DNA of 64,000 nt from Eledone cirrhosa (GCA_964016885.1 OZ024754.1:25544001-25608000), one strand, 5' to 3'. Shown: positions 47,217 to 61,772, numbered from the stretch's first letter. The notes: generated from the sequence alone by a model not told the origin. A program made the numbers and translations.

Positions 47217-47481
47217 TGATGGCTGCCCCCTCGTTATCGAGTATGGCCATTGCACGAGAAAAAAAATAATAATAACAACAATAATAATAACGACAACAAC
47301 AATAATAATATACATATATATATATATATACATACATATATATACATGATGGCTGCCCCCTCTTTATCGAGTATGGCCATTGCACGACGAGAAAAAAAAA
47401 AAAAAAATAATAATAAAAAAAAAAATTAGTAAATAAATAAAAAAAAAAAAAAGAAATATATATATATATACATATATATAC

Positions 47482-47514
<33 letters not shown>

Positions 47515-49330
47515 CATACACATACATATACATACATACACACACATATATACACACACATATACATTAATAACAATAATAATAATAACAACAATAATAA
47601 TAACGACAACAACAATAATAATATGCATATACATATATATATACACATACACGCACATACATAAACATATCTATACAAACACACACACACGATAGCAACT
47701 AACAGCACTGCGATCGAATGTGGCTTTTTAGCCCAGCCAATGATCTAAAATGTCTTGCACAGAGTCGGCAACCAAAACATTCACTGGGCATAGTCGGCTG
47801 TGGTTGGAGTCGCGTGTTCTTTTGCATGTCGCTTGAGCCCTCCTGCTGATTTACATTCTCTACCACATGTTTGGCAAGCATGATGAGTAGCATCTCCAGC
47901 AGCCTGGTAGTCAACCACTGGTCTTACTTTATGACTGCGAAGATGACTTTCGAGTCCAGCTTTGCTTAGGCAGAGTCTCGCACAGACGCTGCATGTCAGC
48001 ACCATAGGAGGACCCTCGCCGTCTGGAAGTGTAACAGCAATGCCCTTCCTCACATCCCGCTTTACTTTCTCATATACAGTCCTTCTCCATTTATTACAAT
48101 CAGCAGCAATATTTTCCCATGTATCAGCAGAGATATTAGCGTCTTTCAGAGAGGCTTTCAAGGAATCCTTATACCTCTTTTTTGGTTTATGTGGCGGTCG
48201 TTTTCCTTTAACCAACTCTCCATAAAAGAGTTGTTTTGGTATTCTAGAATCCTTCATCCTGGCAAGGTGACCACTCCAACGGAGTCGTTGCTTAAGCACA
48301 AGAGCTTCTATACTGTCACACATAGAGCTTTCCAAAATCTCGACATCACTGATGTGGTCCCTCCAGTGAACGCCATGGATCCGTCTGAGACACGTCTGAT
48401 GGAAACGCTCCAATTGCTTAAGGTGGTGTCGATATGTGACCCAAGTCTCGCAGGCATAAAGAAGACAAGAGAGCACACATGCCCTGTACACCTTTACCTT
48501 TGTCCTCCTGCATATGTCTCGCCGACCCCAGAGTCGCCTTTCTAGCTTTCCGAAAGCATCACTTGCTTTCCTAATCCTAAGTGAGATTTCACTGTCAAGG
48601 TTGCTGTATCGATTGACAGTGCTTCCCAGGTAGACAAACTGATCAACCACTCCAAGTCGTTTACCATACACATAGATATTTGGTTCAGTGTACTGCTTAC
48701 CAGGGGCAGGTTGGTACATGACGACGGTTTTCTTGAGACTGACAGTCAATCCTAGGGCATTGCAAGCGTTAGAAAATGCATTCAAAATGTGCTGCATATC
48801 ACTCTCTGTGTGCGCTACAAGATCGCAATCATCTGCAAACATGAGGTCTCGTATGATTGATGTAAATACTTTTGTCTTTGCAGCAAAGCGCCTGATGTTA
48901 AATATGCTGCCTGAGGTTCGATATCGGATGTAAACACCATGCTCGCAATTCCTGAATGCAACACAGAAAACCATTGCAAAGTATATGGCAAACAGGGTCG
49001 GTGCTGGAATATCCCCCTGTTTCACTCCATTTTTTACTGAGATAGGCTCCGACATGTTACCTCCGACATTAACCCAAGCCTTCATGTCGTCATGGAAAGA
49101 CCTAACTAAAGCAAGGAACTTATCAGGGCAACCAAGTTTCTGGAGAACCTTCCATAATGCATCTCTGTTAACAGTATCGAAAGCTTTTGTCAGATCGACA
49201 AAAACCTGATACAGATCTAAGCCTTGTTCCATGCACTTCTCCTGGAGCTGTCTAGCTGAGAAGATCATATCAGTAGTGCCGCGTCCAGCACGAAAACCAG
49301 ATTGACTTTCAGGAAGAACACAATCTGCAC
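47217..49330 (-). mobile_element. RTE-clade LINE, 5'-truncated, with duplicated 3' terminus
   Basis: RT ORF; a 3'-end-like segment (gatggctgccccctc..atcgagtatggccattgcacga) occurs at ~47218 and ~47348. Confidence 0.8.
47781..49330 (-). pseudogene. RTE-type reverse transcriptase with C-terminal C2H2 zinc fingers
   Basis: LPESQSGFR, DLTKAFD, GVKQG, FADD, YLGS, LRWSGH, CSVC..HLRSH, CQTC..HAKEH; a third finger is out of frame (47699-47790). Confidence 0.9.
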
Positions 49331-49840
49331 TCAAATAAAAAAAGGGCACCTAAATAAAAAATGGACCCCCCACAAAAAAAGTCACCCAAATGAAAAACGG
49401 ACCACCCCCATAGAAAAATAAAAAAACGGGGCACCCAAATAAAGAACGGGGCACCCAATTAAAAAAACGGGTCACCCAAATAAAAAAAAACGGACCACGC
49501 CCCATAAAAAAACGGCGTACCCAAATAAAAAAACGGGGCACCCAAATAGAAAACGGGCACCCCACATAAAAAAACGGAACACCCAAATAAAAAAACGGGG
49601 CACCCAAATAAAAAACGTGACACTCAAATAAAGAACGGACCCCCCATAATAAACGGACCCCCCCCATAATAAAACCGGGCACCCAAATAAATAAATGGAC
49701 CCCCCCCCCCCATAAAGAACGGGTCACCCAAATAAAAAAACCGGTCACCCAAATAAAAAAAAGAGGCACCCAAATAAAAAACGCACCCCCGCCCCATAAA
49801 AAAACGGGGCACTCAAATAAAAAAACCGGGCATCTAAATA
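49331..49840 (+). repeat. Minisatellite (AAAAAACGGGGCACCCAAAT-like, ~20 bp), left arm
   Basis: About 25 degenerate units. Confidence 0.9.
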
Positions 49841-49877
49841 AATATAATATAATATAATATAATATTATATTATAATA

Positions 49878-51850
49878 TAATTGTTTCTACTTTAGGCACA
49901 AGGCCAGCAAATACCCAGTGCATTACCGGTACTTTATTTTATCGACCCCGTAAGGATGAAAGGCAAAGTCAACCTCGACGGGATTTGAACTCAGACCGTA
50001 AAGGGACGTAACTATGCTGGAAAGCATGGCGTCCGACTCTCTACCGATACTGCCAATCCAATAATATTATATGTGGAGGGTCGGACGCCATGCTTTCCAG
50101 CATAGTTACGTCCCTTTACGATCTGAGTTCAAATCTCGCCGAGGTTGACTTTGCCTTTCATCCTTACGGGGTCGATAAAATAAAGTACCAGTAATGCACT
50201 GGGATATAGCTGGCCTTGTGCCTAAAGTAGAAACAATTATAGTCGATAAAATAAAGTACCAGTAATGCATTGAGTGATTGCTGGCCTTGTGCCTAAAGTA
50301 GAAACAATTATATTATAATATAATATTATATTATAATATAATATAATATAATTGTTTCTATTTTAGGCACAAGGCCAGCAAATAACCAGTACATTACTGG
50401 TACTTTATTTTATCGACTCCGTAAGGATGAAAGACAAAGTTAACCTCGTTGGGATTTGAACTCAGATCATAAAGCGACGAAACTCTATGCTTCAAAGCAT
50501 GGTGTCCGACTCTTTACCGATACTGCCAAATAATTGTTTCTACTTTTGGCACAAGGCCAGCAATCACCCAGTGTATTACTGGTACTTTATTTTATCGACC
50601 CTGTAAGGATGAAAGGCAAAGTTAACCTCGGTGGGATTTGAACTCAGATCGTAAAGGAACGTCAAATAATATAATAAAATATTATATTATTAACTTTGCC
50701 TTCTTACGGGTTCGATAAAATAAAGTACCAGTAATGTACTGAGTATTTGCTAGCCTTGTGCCAATAGTAGAAACAATTATATTATATTATATTATATTAT
50801 ATTATATTATATTATATTATATTATATTATATTATATTATATTATATTATATTATATTATATTATATTATATTATATTATATTATATTATATTATATTAT
50901 ATTATATTATATTATATGTGGATTGGCAGTATCGGTAGAGAGTCGGACACCATGCTTTCCAGCGTAGTTACGTCCCTTTACGATCTGAGTTCAAATCCCG
51001 CCGAGGTTGACTTTGCCTTTCATCCTTACGGGGTCGATAAAATAAAGTACCAGTAATGAACTGGGTAATTGCTGGCCTTGTGCCTAAAGTAGAAACAATT
51101 ATATTATATTATATTATATTATATTATATTATATTATATTATATTATATTATATTATATTATATTATATTATATTATATTATATTATAAGGCGGTGGATT
51201 GGCAGTATCGGTAGAGGGTCGGACGCCATGCTTTCCAGTATAGTTACGTCCCTTTACGATCTGAGTTCAAATACCGCCAAGGTTGACTTTGACTTTCATT
51301 CTTACGGGGTCGATAAAATAAAGTACCAATAATGGACTGGGTAATGGCTGGCCTTGTGCCTAAAGTAGAAACAATTATATAATATAATATAATATAATAT
51401 ATTGGATAAAATAAAGTACCAGTAATGCACTGGGTAATTGCTGGCCTTGTGCCTAAAGTAGAAACAATTATAATATATTATAATGTAATATAATGTAATA
51501 TAATATAATATATTACATTTTATTATAATATAATATAATATAATTTAATATTATATTGTAATATATTATATTATAATTGTTTCTACTTTAGGCACAAGGC
51601 CAGCAATTATCCAGTGCATTACTGGTACTTTATTTTATCCAATATATTATATGATAATATAATATAATTGTTTCTACTTTAGGCACAAGGCCAGCTATAT
51701 CCCAGTGCATTACTGATACTTTATTTTATCGACCCCGTAAGGATGTAAGGCAAAGTCAACCTCGGCGGGATTTGAACTCAGATCGTAAAGGGAGGTAACT
51801 ATGCTGGAAAGCATGGCGTCCGACCATCTACCGATACTGCCAATCCACCA
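49878..51850. mobile_element. Cluster of ~11 full or partial tRNA-derived SINEs (~185 bp) in (TAATA)n
   Basis: A-box-like TGGCAGTATCGG and B-box GAGTTCAAATCC. Full copies at ~49878-50060(-), 50349-50529(-), 50918-51101(+), 51190-51378(+), 51665-51850(-). Fragments at 50076(+), 50242(+), 50531(-), 50690(+), 51405(+), 51574(-). Confidence 0.9.
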
Positions 51851-52104
51851 AGCTAATATAATATTATATTATATTATATTATGTTATATTACAATATTAT
51901 ATTATATTATATTATATTATAATATATTACAATATTATATTATATTATATTATAATATAATATATTACAATATAATATAATATATTACAATATAATATAA
52001 TATAATATAATATATTATAATATAATATAATATATTATAATGTAATATAATATAATATAATATAATATAATATAATATAATATATATAATATAATATAAT
52101 ATAT

Positions 52105-52470
52105 TGAGGGGGGTCCGTTTTTTACTTGGGTGCCCGTTTTTTTATGGGGGGGTGGCGTTTTTTATGGGGGTCCGTTTTTTATTTGGGTGCCCCGTTTTTT
52201 ATTTGGGTGCCCGTTTTTTTTATTGGGGGTGGCCCGTTTTTTATTTGGGTGCCCGTTTTTTTATGGGGGGGGGTCCGTTTTTTATGGGGGTGGGTCCGTT
52301 TTTATGGGGGGCGGGGGTCCGTTTTTATTTAGGTGCTCCGTTTTCTATTTGGGTGCCCGTTTTTTATGGAGGCGGTCCATTTGTTAATTGGGTGCCCGGC
52401 TCCGTTTTTTATTTGGGTGTCCCTTTTTTATGGGGGGAGTCCGTTTTGTATGAGGGGCAGTCCGTTTATT
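52105..52470 (-). repeat. Same minisatellite in inverted orientation, right arm
   Basis: (ATTTGGGTGCCCGTTTTTT)n. Confidence 0.9.
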
Positions 52471-52714
52471 ATTTCGTTGCAGATGTGCAACGAAAGAACT
52501 TTGTTACACTATATATATATGTGTTTGTGTCTATATTGTATCTATTTATTATCGTTGGTCAGTCAATGGTAACATTGAGGACCGAATAAATTAAATTAAC
52601 CGATATAAAAGACACAGAAGCGAAAACCAACCAAAACAGTGAGTGTGTTCTGTTATTAATTCTAGCAATATTATTACACAAATATGACCCTCCCCAATAT
52701 AAGAATATATATAT

Positions 52715-52765
<51 letters not shown>

Positions 52766-52770
<5 letters not shown>

Positions 52771-53065
52771 GGATTAACAAATAATAGTTAAATGCAGTCC
52801 ACTTAGGTGAAGTCCAGTTATGGTATTCCAGGTAGTGGATGATATTAACGCTTGGCTTGGTTTGACTCAACAAGGCGTTTTCATAGTGATGCTGCGGGTA
52901 TGCTGTAATTCCTATGTTGTAAACACTTGGAGTAATAATAAATCAGGAAAGAAGGTTTACATGGTTTGCTATACAAAAAAGTTTTTAATCACATAGCTTA
53001 CATTTGTTTCACTGAACTGGTCTGTCTAGAGATCGCTATCCGCCTAATTTTGCGTCACTCGATTG
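52766..53065 (-). repeat. Diverged copy of pLTR family C
   Basis: rc of ~2740-3040; 3' half of the HHR (GAAA-CAAATG-TA-AGC) retained. Confidence 0.8.
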
Positions 53066-53184
53066 AATTTTGCTTGTTGATATTAAGTTCTGGTATATCA
53101 AATTATTACCATAGAACCACCTTGAATCATAGACAACCTATGTATTTCTGGGGGTACCTTGTACCCTCAGATATATTAACTTTA

Positions 53185-54245
<1,061 letters not shown>

Positions 54246-54359
54246 GTAGGAGGTGAGTTTTATTGTAGTACAATAATGCAATGCAGATATCGGATAAGAA
54301 GCACTCTACAGTTTGTAGGACTGGAGTATACATAATATATATATAAGATCAAAATCGTT

Positions 54360-55226
54360 GATGCTAACGCCAATTACTATAATAACGCGCTTTCTAAAGC
54401 CGGCTATCCTGATAAAATCAAATATAATAAAGAAACAAATTCTAGAAGATCTTACAGTAGAATAATTAATCATGATCATTCCAATAACTTTATTAAAAGA
54501 CCTAGATACAAAAACATAATCTGGTATAATGCTCCTTTCTCCATCTCTATTAATAATAATATTCCTAAATTATTCTTTAGTGCCTTAAATAAATGCTTCC
54601 CTCCCTCACATATCTATAGTAAAATATTTAACAAACACACTATAAAATTTTCCTATTCGACATGCCCCAACATTTACAACATTATCTCTAAACACAACAA
54701 TAAAATACTAAATACTAAATCTCTTACTTCCAACACTGAATATCATAATAATAGTAATAGTACTCCCGACGTCATTGTAAACTCTAGGCTAATTTCTGCA
54801 AACCCAAATACAACATCAAACACAACTTCGCTAAATGTTCTTAATCCCATTCTAAATCAAGAAACTATTATTCCTATCGCAAATAACTTCTCCAATCCAA
54901 TTCCTTCTATAGATAACACTAGGTCATTCGTTAATAATCTCTCTAATCGCAATTGCAATTGCCCTACTAAAAATAAATGTCGTCTCAACAACCATTGTCT
55001 TGATAAAAAATTAATCTACGAATGTAAAGTTATAACTGACACCAATTCCTTCACCTATTTTGGCTCCACTTCCACCTCCTTTAAAGCTCGTCTTTATAAT
55101 CATCATTCGTCTTTTAAATACCAACTTAAAAGAACCAACACGGCTCTCTCAGAACTCATATGGTCCTTGAAAGACAAAAATATTAAATATAACATCTCTT
55201 GGAAAAAGGTTTCTTCTGCTTCTTGA
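54360..55226 (+). pseudogene. PLE RT-thumb/linker/GIY-YIG remnant, not in the ORF track (no start codon)
   Basis: Manual translation: YYNNALSKAGY, IIWYNAPF, KFSYSTC, CNCPTKNKCRLNNHC, LIY..YFGST, FKARL; the C-terminus is lost. Confidence 0.85.
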
Positions 55227-56209
55227 ACAGCTAATACAGCTAATATCCTAAACTTTATCAATTCAGAATCCTTTTCTCAAAGGCACACATATATATATAT
55301 ACTTCTTTAAAAATATACCCATCTTTCTACCTTATTTCAAAGTTATTTATTATACATTATATAATACTTGTTACTCATTCTATATCACTCCTATTTATCA
55401 CTTCCCTTTCTTCCTTCTCCTTTTCTTTTCATTTTCTTTTAATTTCTAACCCCTAATCTGTACCTTTTCTCACTGTGCCTAACATAGAAACAATTATTAC
55501 ACAATACAATATATTCTTACTTTATATCACCTTGAAAAAAATCCTTCGTAAACATAAACATTTTTTTGACGTTATATTATTCATCCTCTATTCATTATTT
55601 TTTTCTCACTTTCATCTAACTTATTCATGCTCATCTCACAATATATCCTTACTTACATTATTTTTGTTTTTTTTAATAATACATATCAACATTTTCTTTC
55701 CATCGCACATATTATTAAACCCCTAAATATTATTCTTAATACATATTAACATTTTCTTTCCATCGCAAATATTATTAAACCCTTAAATATTATTCTTAAT
55801 ACATATTAACAATTTCTTTTCGTCGCACATATTATTAGACCCTTCAATATACAAACCTTAACTTTACATTATTTTTCTCTTCGTTAATTTTCAAATTCTT
55901 TTAATTCATACATTATCTTCCAACGGTTTTTCAACCTCTCTATGTAAAACAATATATTTTTCTCAGTTATAAAAGCTATCTCTCTCTCTCTCTATCACCC
56001 ATCTCTCCTCCTATCTCATCCTTCCTCATTATACTCCTCCCCCTCAACTTTTTACTCTCATCTCCTCCTCTTTTTCATCCTTTCCAATCTCCCCTCCCCC
56101 TAAAAAAAATGTTCCCCAATATCACACATCAATCTAAAACTACTTTTCATATGTTGATTTAAAACTGCACTATCCACAAGTGTTTTTAACCTTCATATCA
56201 TGTCTTCCT

Positions 56210-56278
56210 ATTTTATCTGATGAAAACACAAATGTTATTGCATGATGATATTTGTTTTTGAAATGCGCATAATAAAAT
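56210..56278 (+). ncRNA. Hammerhead ribozyme (family H)
   Basis: ATTTTAT-CTGATGA-[aaacacaaatgttattgcatgatgatatttgttttt]-GAAA-TGCGCA-TA-ATAAAAT. Confidence 0.87.
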
Positions 56279-56425
56279 ACATGGAACTATTTTAACCATC
56301 TTTTGATCTTATATATATATATGTATATATATGTATATATATGTATATATATATGTGTATATATATGTATATATATATGTGTATATATATATATATATGT
56401 GTATATATAAATATATATATATGTG

Positions 56426-56457
<32 letters not shown>

Positions 56458-56463
56458 TGTATA

Positions 56464-56611
<148 letters not shown>

Positions 56612-56741
56612 TATATGAATATAAACACAGAATATTCGAAAATATTCCGTATGTTTATAATAAACATTTTGAAGACCTAATCGCTATAGAATAGAATACG
56701 TCACGTATTACAATTTGAGATTCTCGATAAAAGCAAGGGAA

Positions 56742-56784
56742 GTAACCTACGCGTTTCATTCTTATTAGAAATCATCAGGATTAC
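56742..56784 (-). ncRNA. Minimal hammerhead ribozyme (family K)
   Basis: rc of 57428-57470. Confidence 0.88.
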
Positions 56785-57053
56785 ATATCCAATGCTTTTA
56801 TCGAGAATGACACAGCTAGAGACTTATAGAATACTTAGCTGTGTACAAGAACTGGTTTGAAAGAGCGGTTGCCGGTCCGGCAGAAATTAGAATTTGGATT
56901 TAATGCTCTGAAATAGCGATACATATGTGAAGATAAACACAGAATATTCGAAAATATTCCGTATGTTTATAATAAACATTTTGAAGACCTAATCGCTATA
57001 GAATAGAATACGTCACGTATTACAATTTGAGATTCTCGATAAAAGCAAGGGAA

Positions 57054-57096
57054 GTAACCTACGCGTTTCATTCTTATTAGAAATCATCAGGATTAC
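57054..57096 (-). ncRNA. Minimal hammerhead ribozyme (family K)
   Basis: Tandem copy, +312. Confidence 0.88.
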
Positions 57097-57427
57097 ATAT
57101 CCAATGCTTTTATCGAGAATGACACAGCTAGAGACTTATAGAATACTTAGCTGTGTACAGGAACTGGTTTGAAAGAGCGGTTGCCGGTCCGGCAGAAATT
57201 AGAATTTGGATTTAATGCTCTGAAATAGCGATACATATGTGAAGATAAACACAGAATATTCGAAAATATTCCGTATGTTTATAATAAACATTTTGAAGAC
57301 CTAATCGCTATAGAATAGAATACGTCACTTATTACAATTTGAGATTCTCGATAAAACCAGTTCCTGTACACAGCTAAGTATTCTATAAGTCTCTAGCTGT
57401 GTCATTCTCGATAAAAGCATTGGATAT

Positions 57428-57470
57428 GTAATCCTGATGATTTCTAATAAGAATGAAACGCGTAGGTTAC
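57428..57470 (+). ncRNA. Minimal hammerhead ribozyme (family K)
   Basis: GTAATC-CTGATGA-tTTCT aata AGAAt-GAAA-CGCG-TA-GGTTAC. Confidence 0.88.
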
Positions 57471-57739
57471 TTCCCTTGCTTTTATCGAGAATCTCAAATT
57501 GTAATACGTGACATATTCTATTCTATAGCGATTAGGTCTTCAAAATGTTTATTATAAACATACGGAATATTTTCGAATATTCTGTGTTTATCTTCACATA
57601 TGTATCGCTATTTCAGAGCATTAAATCCAAATTCTAATTTCTGCCGGACCGGCAACCGCTCTTTCAAACCAGCTCCTGTACACAGCTAAGTATTCTATAA
57701 GTCTCTAGCTGTGTCATTCTCGATAAAAGCATTGGATAT

Positions 57740-57782
57740 GTAATCCTGATGATTTCTAATAAGAATGAAACGCGTAGGTTAC
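57740..57782 (+). ncRNA. Minimal hammerhead ribozyme (family K)
   Basis: Tandem copy, +312. Confidence 0.88.
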
Positions 57783-57973
57783 TTCCCTTGCTTTTATCGA
57801 GAATCTCAAATTGTAATACGTGACGTATTCTATTCTATAGCGATTAGGTCTTCAAAATGTTTATTATAAACATACGGAATATTTTCGAATATTCTGTGTT
57901 TATCTTCACATATGTATCGCTATTTCAGAGCATTAAATCCAAATATATATGTATATACATATATATATATGTA

Positions 57974-58025
<52 letters not shown>

Positions 58026-58131
58026 CATATATATGTATATATATATATACATATATATGTATATATATATATACATATATATGTATATATATATATACAT
58101 ATATATGTATATATATATATACTTATATATG

Positions 58132-58167
<36 letters not shown>

Positions 58168-58195
58168 CATATATATGTATATATATATATACATA

Positions 58196-58264
<69 letters not shown>

Positions 58265-58275
58265 GTATATATATG

Positions 58276-58344
<69 letters not shown>

Positions 58345-59140
58345 TTATATATATATATATATATGTATATTTATAGACATCGTTACTCGATAAAACATGA
58401 AAACCAGCGTTATCTAACAACACTCGCAGACAAGGCTTGGCAGCTGCGTTAAAATAACCAACAATTTCACCTAAAATGGGATATAATAGTGGCTGCCCCT
58501 CCATAGTCCCACGGACAGGAATTTTGTAAATTATGTAATTTGGAATTATTTTGTATTATGAAATCCAAAAACATTTTATTAAATAACAGAATAGAGCGAT
58601 CGTTATACTGTAACCATCGCTTAAAATCTACATTTTCATATTATAAATACTACCAGGATTGAACGCCCCAATCTCCGTTCGATTGTCAAAATACATATTA
58701 ACATTCTCTATTAGTCTTAATTCTATCAACTCTTCTAATATTTACCATTTAATATAAACTGCTATAGATAAAATGAGATTTCTGATTTCTTAGTTCAATT
58801 CCCTAATGCATATACCAGCTGGCTACTAGCATTGATGTTATTCAGTATCAATCGAAATCTCCCCCTTCCCCAATTGACACTTTATATTTAATACTACTAC
58901 ACCAAATGACCAGCCCTGTCCACTGTCCAATTGGTCAAGTATAGATTAAAATTGGCACTCCCAAAAATTCTTATTTAGATAAAATAAACCATTTACTCAT
59001 TGTATTCTCATTAGAAACCCTTTATATACTTGTTTAGCAGTAAATTGAATTACCATCTGTCATATACTATCCCCTCTCTTCTTCCTCTATTACTAATATA
59101 AATACTTCAATTTTTCTGATTTTATCCAATTTATCCAAAA

Positions 59141-59256
59141 TATCTGAAGAAGTGACAACTGTTTATACATTTGCTATCGAATACTTGCTAACATTATATG
59201 ATTACGCAAGCAGCGGTACATAGGTATTCCGTCTGTTACAGAAACATATGTCAATA
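59141..59256 (+). ncRNA. Hammerhead-like motif with 90-nt stem II (family L)
   Basis: CTGAAGA-[aGTGACA...TGTTACa]-GAAA-CATATG-TC; stem I is weak. Confidence 0.55.
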
Positions 59257-59467
59257 CCTAATAAATTCCTTTTTAAAAAAAAGCACTTTCATTTTATATT
59301 CATCTTTTCTACATTTTCTCCGGAATATAATTTATACTCGTTGAGCAAACCTACACGTACAATGTTCATCTCTAACGTAACGATATATTATCACTACATT
59401 ATTGATAACCTGAAATTTTAATAATCTCCTATACAGTTGTGCAACTAATTCAGCATACGCCTCTAAA

Positions 59468-61772
59468 ATGGAAAGGCACCAATTGGATATGTCGTTAAAA
59501 AACATACCTATTCAGGCAAAAAAGGAATATATTCTAGGTATGATACGAAGGACCAATGATTTTATTCGACGAATCAGATGGAAAACATTCCATTTTGACA
59601 AAAGCCGTATAAACCAAACATCGGATCTTAACAAGGATATATTTGGATTTAAATCTTACAAAAACCCACCCTCAAACCCACTTTTGGATGCATTTGAACA
59701 AGACCTAATGGATATGATCATGGAGATCAAATTTACAAAACGGAAGAACAATAAACTACAGAATGACATCACGGCTCTGCTCAATAATCTAAAAACGCCA
59801 ATGGAATTATTGTTAGAGCAGACAAAACATCAAACGTATATACCATGGATGTGGACACTTACAATAACTTCATCCGTAAGGAATTGCATAAAAAATACAA
59901 GAAAACTAATGAAGCTACACTTAAAAACATCAACAACTCGGCATGTGAAATTGTTAAAAAACTTTGTATTGACGATAGAACGCAACCCTTAACACCAGCT
60001 ATACCATCCTTCAACCTGAAGGACCACAAGGTAAACTTCGATACTAACCCTAAAATTAGACTTAAAAATTAGACTAAATCTGATATCGGCAAAATTAGCA
60101 AATATATACTAGACAGAATTATCCCCCAAGTTAAGGTTAAAGTAGAAATTAAACTATGGGGTAACACTCATGAAGCAATAAGATGGTTTAATAACATTAC
60201 TGATAAGAAAAAATCAAAATTTATTCAGTTTGATATTGATGAATATTATTCCTCAATTTCACCTGATACTCTACATGAAGCTCTTTCGTTCGCTAAGGCT
60301 AATTCCGACCTTACGGATGCTGAAATTAAAATTATTATGGAAGCGAGGAAAACTATAGTTAAATTCGATGATAGCTACTGGGTTCGCAAAGATAGACCTT
60401 CTAATTTTGATATTACTATGGGTTCTAATGATTCGGCGGAAGTAACAGATCTTGTGGGAATTTGTATCACCCACAGACTACAAGGAAAATTCAAAGATCT
60501 CCACGGTGGAATATACCGTGATGATGCGCTCCTATTAGTTAAGCATATGAATAACCAGAATTTAGAAAGGATGCGTAAAAATATCAGAAAGCTTTTTAAG
60601 GAATTAGGATTAAATATTACATTTGAATATAACCTCAAAGAGGTCAATTTCCTTGATGTTACTTTGAATCTCAATACAGAAACGATTAAACCGTTCCATA
60701 AACTAAATGAGAATCTTAAATATGTAAATACGAGTTCTAACCATCCACTCTCTATAATTAAATCCATCCCTAGAAATGTTTCTCTTAGAATCTCCCGCCT
60801 GTCGTCCAACCAACAAACCTTCAAAGAACATGCCGAATATTATGATGATGCACTTAGGAAAGCCGGGCACCTAGATAATATAGAGTATATAGTCGAAGAT
60901 CACCAAAACACCCAAAATAAATTCCATAGGAGTAGAAATAGCACATAATCACCACCATACATACACTACCGCAATAGACACAATAATAGTCGCACACCAC
61001 CAAACAGAAGGCGATGTAAAGAGTATATTTGGTACAAACCGGTCTATAACAACTCTATTAAAACAAATCTACCCTCACAATTCTTTCGATTAGTTAAACA
61101 ACACTTTCCAACATCACATAAATATAATAAAATCTTAAACCCTAACACTATTCGACTTTCATATTCAACCGCCCCTAATATTGAACACCATATAAAAAAG
61201 CTTAACGCAAAACGGTTGTATAAACGCCTTCCAACACATAACAATACACGTAAAACATTAGTTATAACATCACAAAACAACAAACAAAATCCTGTCCTAC
61301 CTAAGCAACCTCATCAACCCATCCATGACAATACAACAACGTAAAATTATAATTGTAACTGTGTCCAACCAGGAAAGTGTCCGTGAACAATCAGTGTCTT
61401 GAACGCAACATCATATATAAATGTACTATCGAACCGGATAGACAGAAGTGGTACTATGTGGGATCTACAGCCACCTCCTTCAAATCACGCCTTTATAGAC
61501 ATCGTTACTCGATAAAACATGAAAACCAGCGTTATGTAACAACACTCGCAGACAAGGCTTGGCAGCTGCGTGAAAATAACCAACAATTTCACCTAAAATG
61601 GGATATAATAGTGTCTGCCCCTCCATAGTCCCACGGAGAGGAATTTTGTAAATTATGTAATTTGGAATTATTTTGTATTATGAAATCCAAAAACATTTTA
61701 TTAAATAACAGAATAGAGCGATCGTTATACTGTAACCATCGCTTAAAATCTACATTTTCATATTATAAATAG
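59468..61772 (+). pseudogene. PLE RT + GIY-YIG ORF with several stops and frameshifts
   Basis: SLKNIP, RIRWKT, RADKTSN, FDIDEYY, MGS, YRDD, FLDVTL, CNC..CP, IIY-YVG, CKLC, CNH. Confidence 0.9.

Larger units (their letters stand above)
54246..56312 (+). mobile_element. 5'-truncated PLE (family H) with a short inverted pLTR piece at its 5' end
   Basis: 54246-54353 matches 32105-32207; coding remnant, pyrimidine-rich 3' region and terminal HHR. Confidence 0.85.
56621..57944. mobile_element. Retrozyme-like 312-bp HHR tandem array with central inversion
   Basis: ataaacacagaatattcg at 56621, 56933 and 57245; strand switch at ~57355; no ORF; (TA)n flanks. Confidence 0.8.

Noticed and set aside
49878-51850. 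tRNA genes or a CRISPR-like array
   Set aside because: A/B boxes without a cloverleaf, ~185-bp bodies and simple-repeat tails indicate SINEs; no repeat-spacer periodicity or cas genes.
49350-52589. F/G/W-rich membrane-like ORFs
   Set aside because: Translations of the 20-bp minisatellite.
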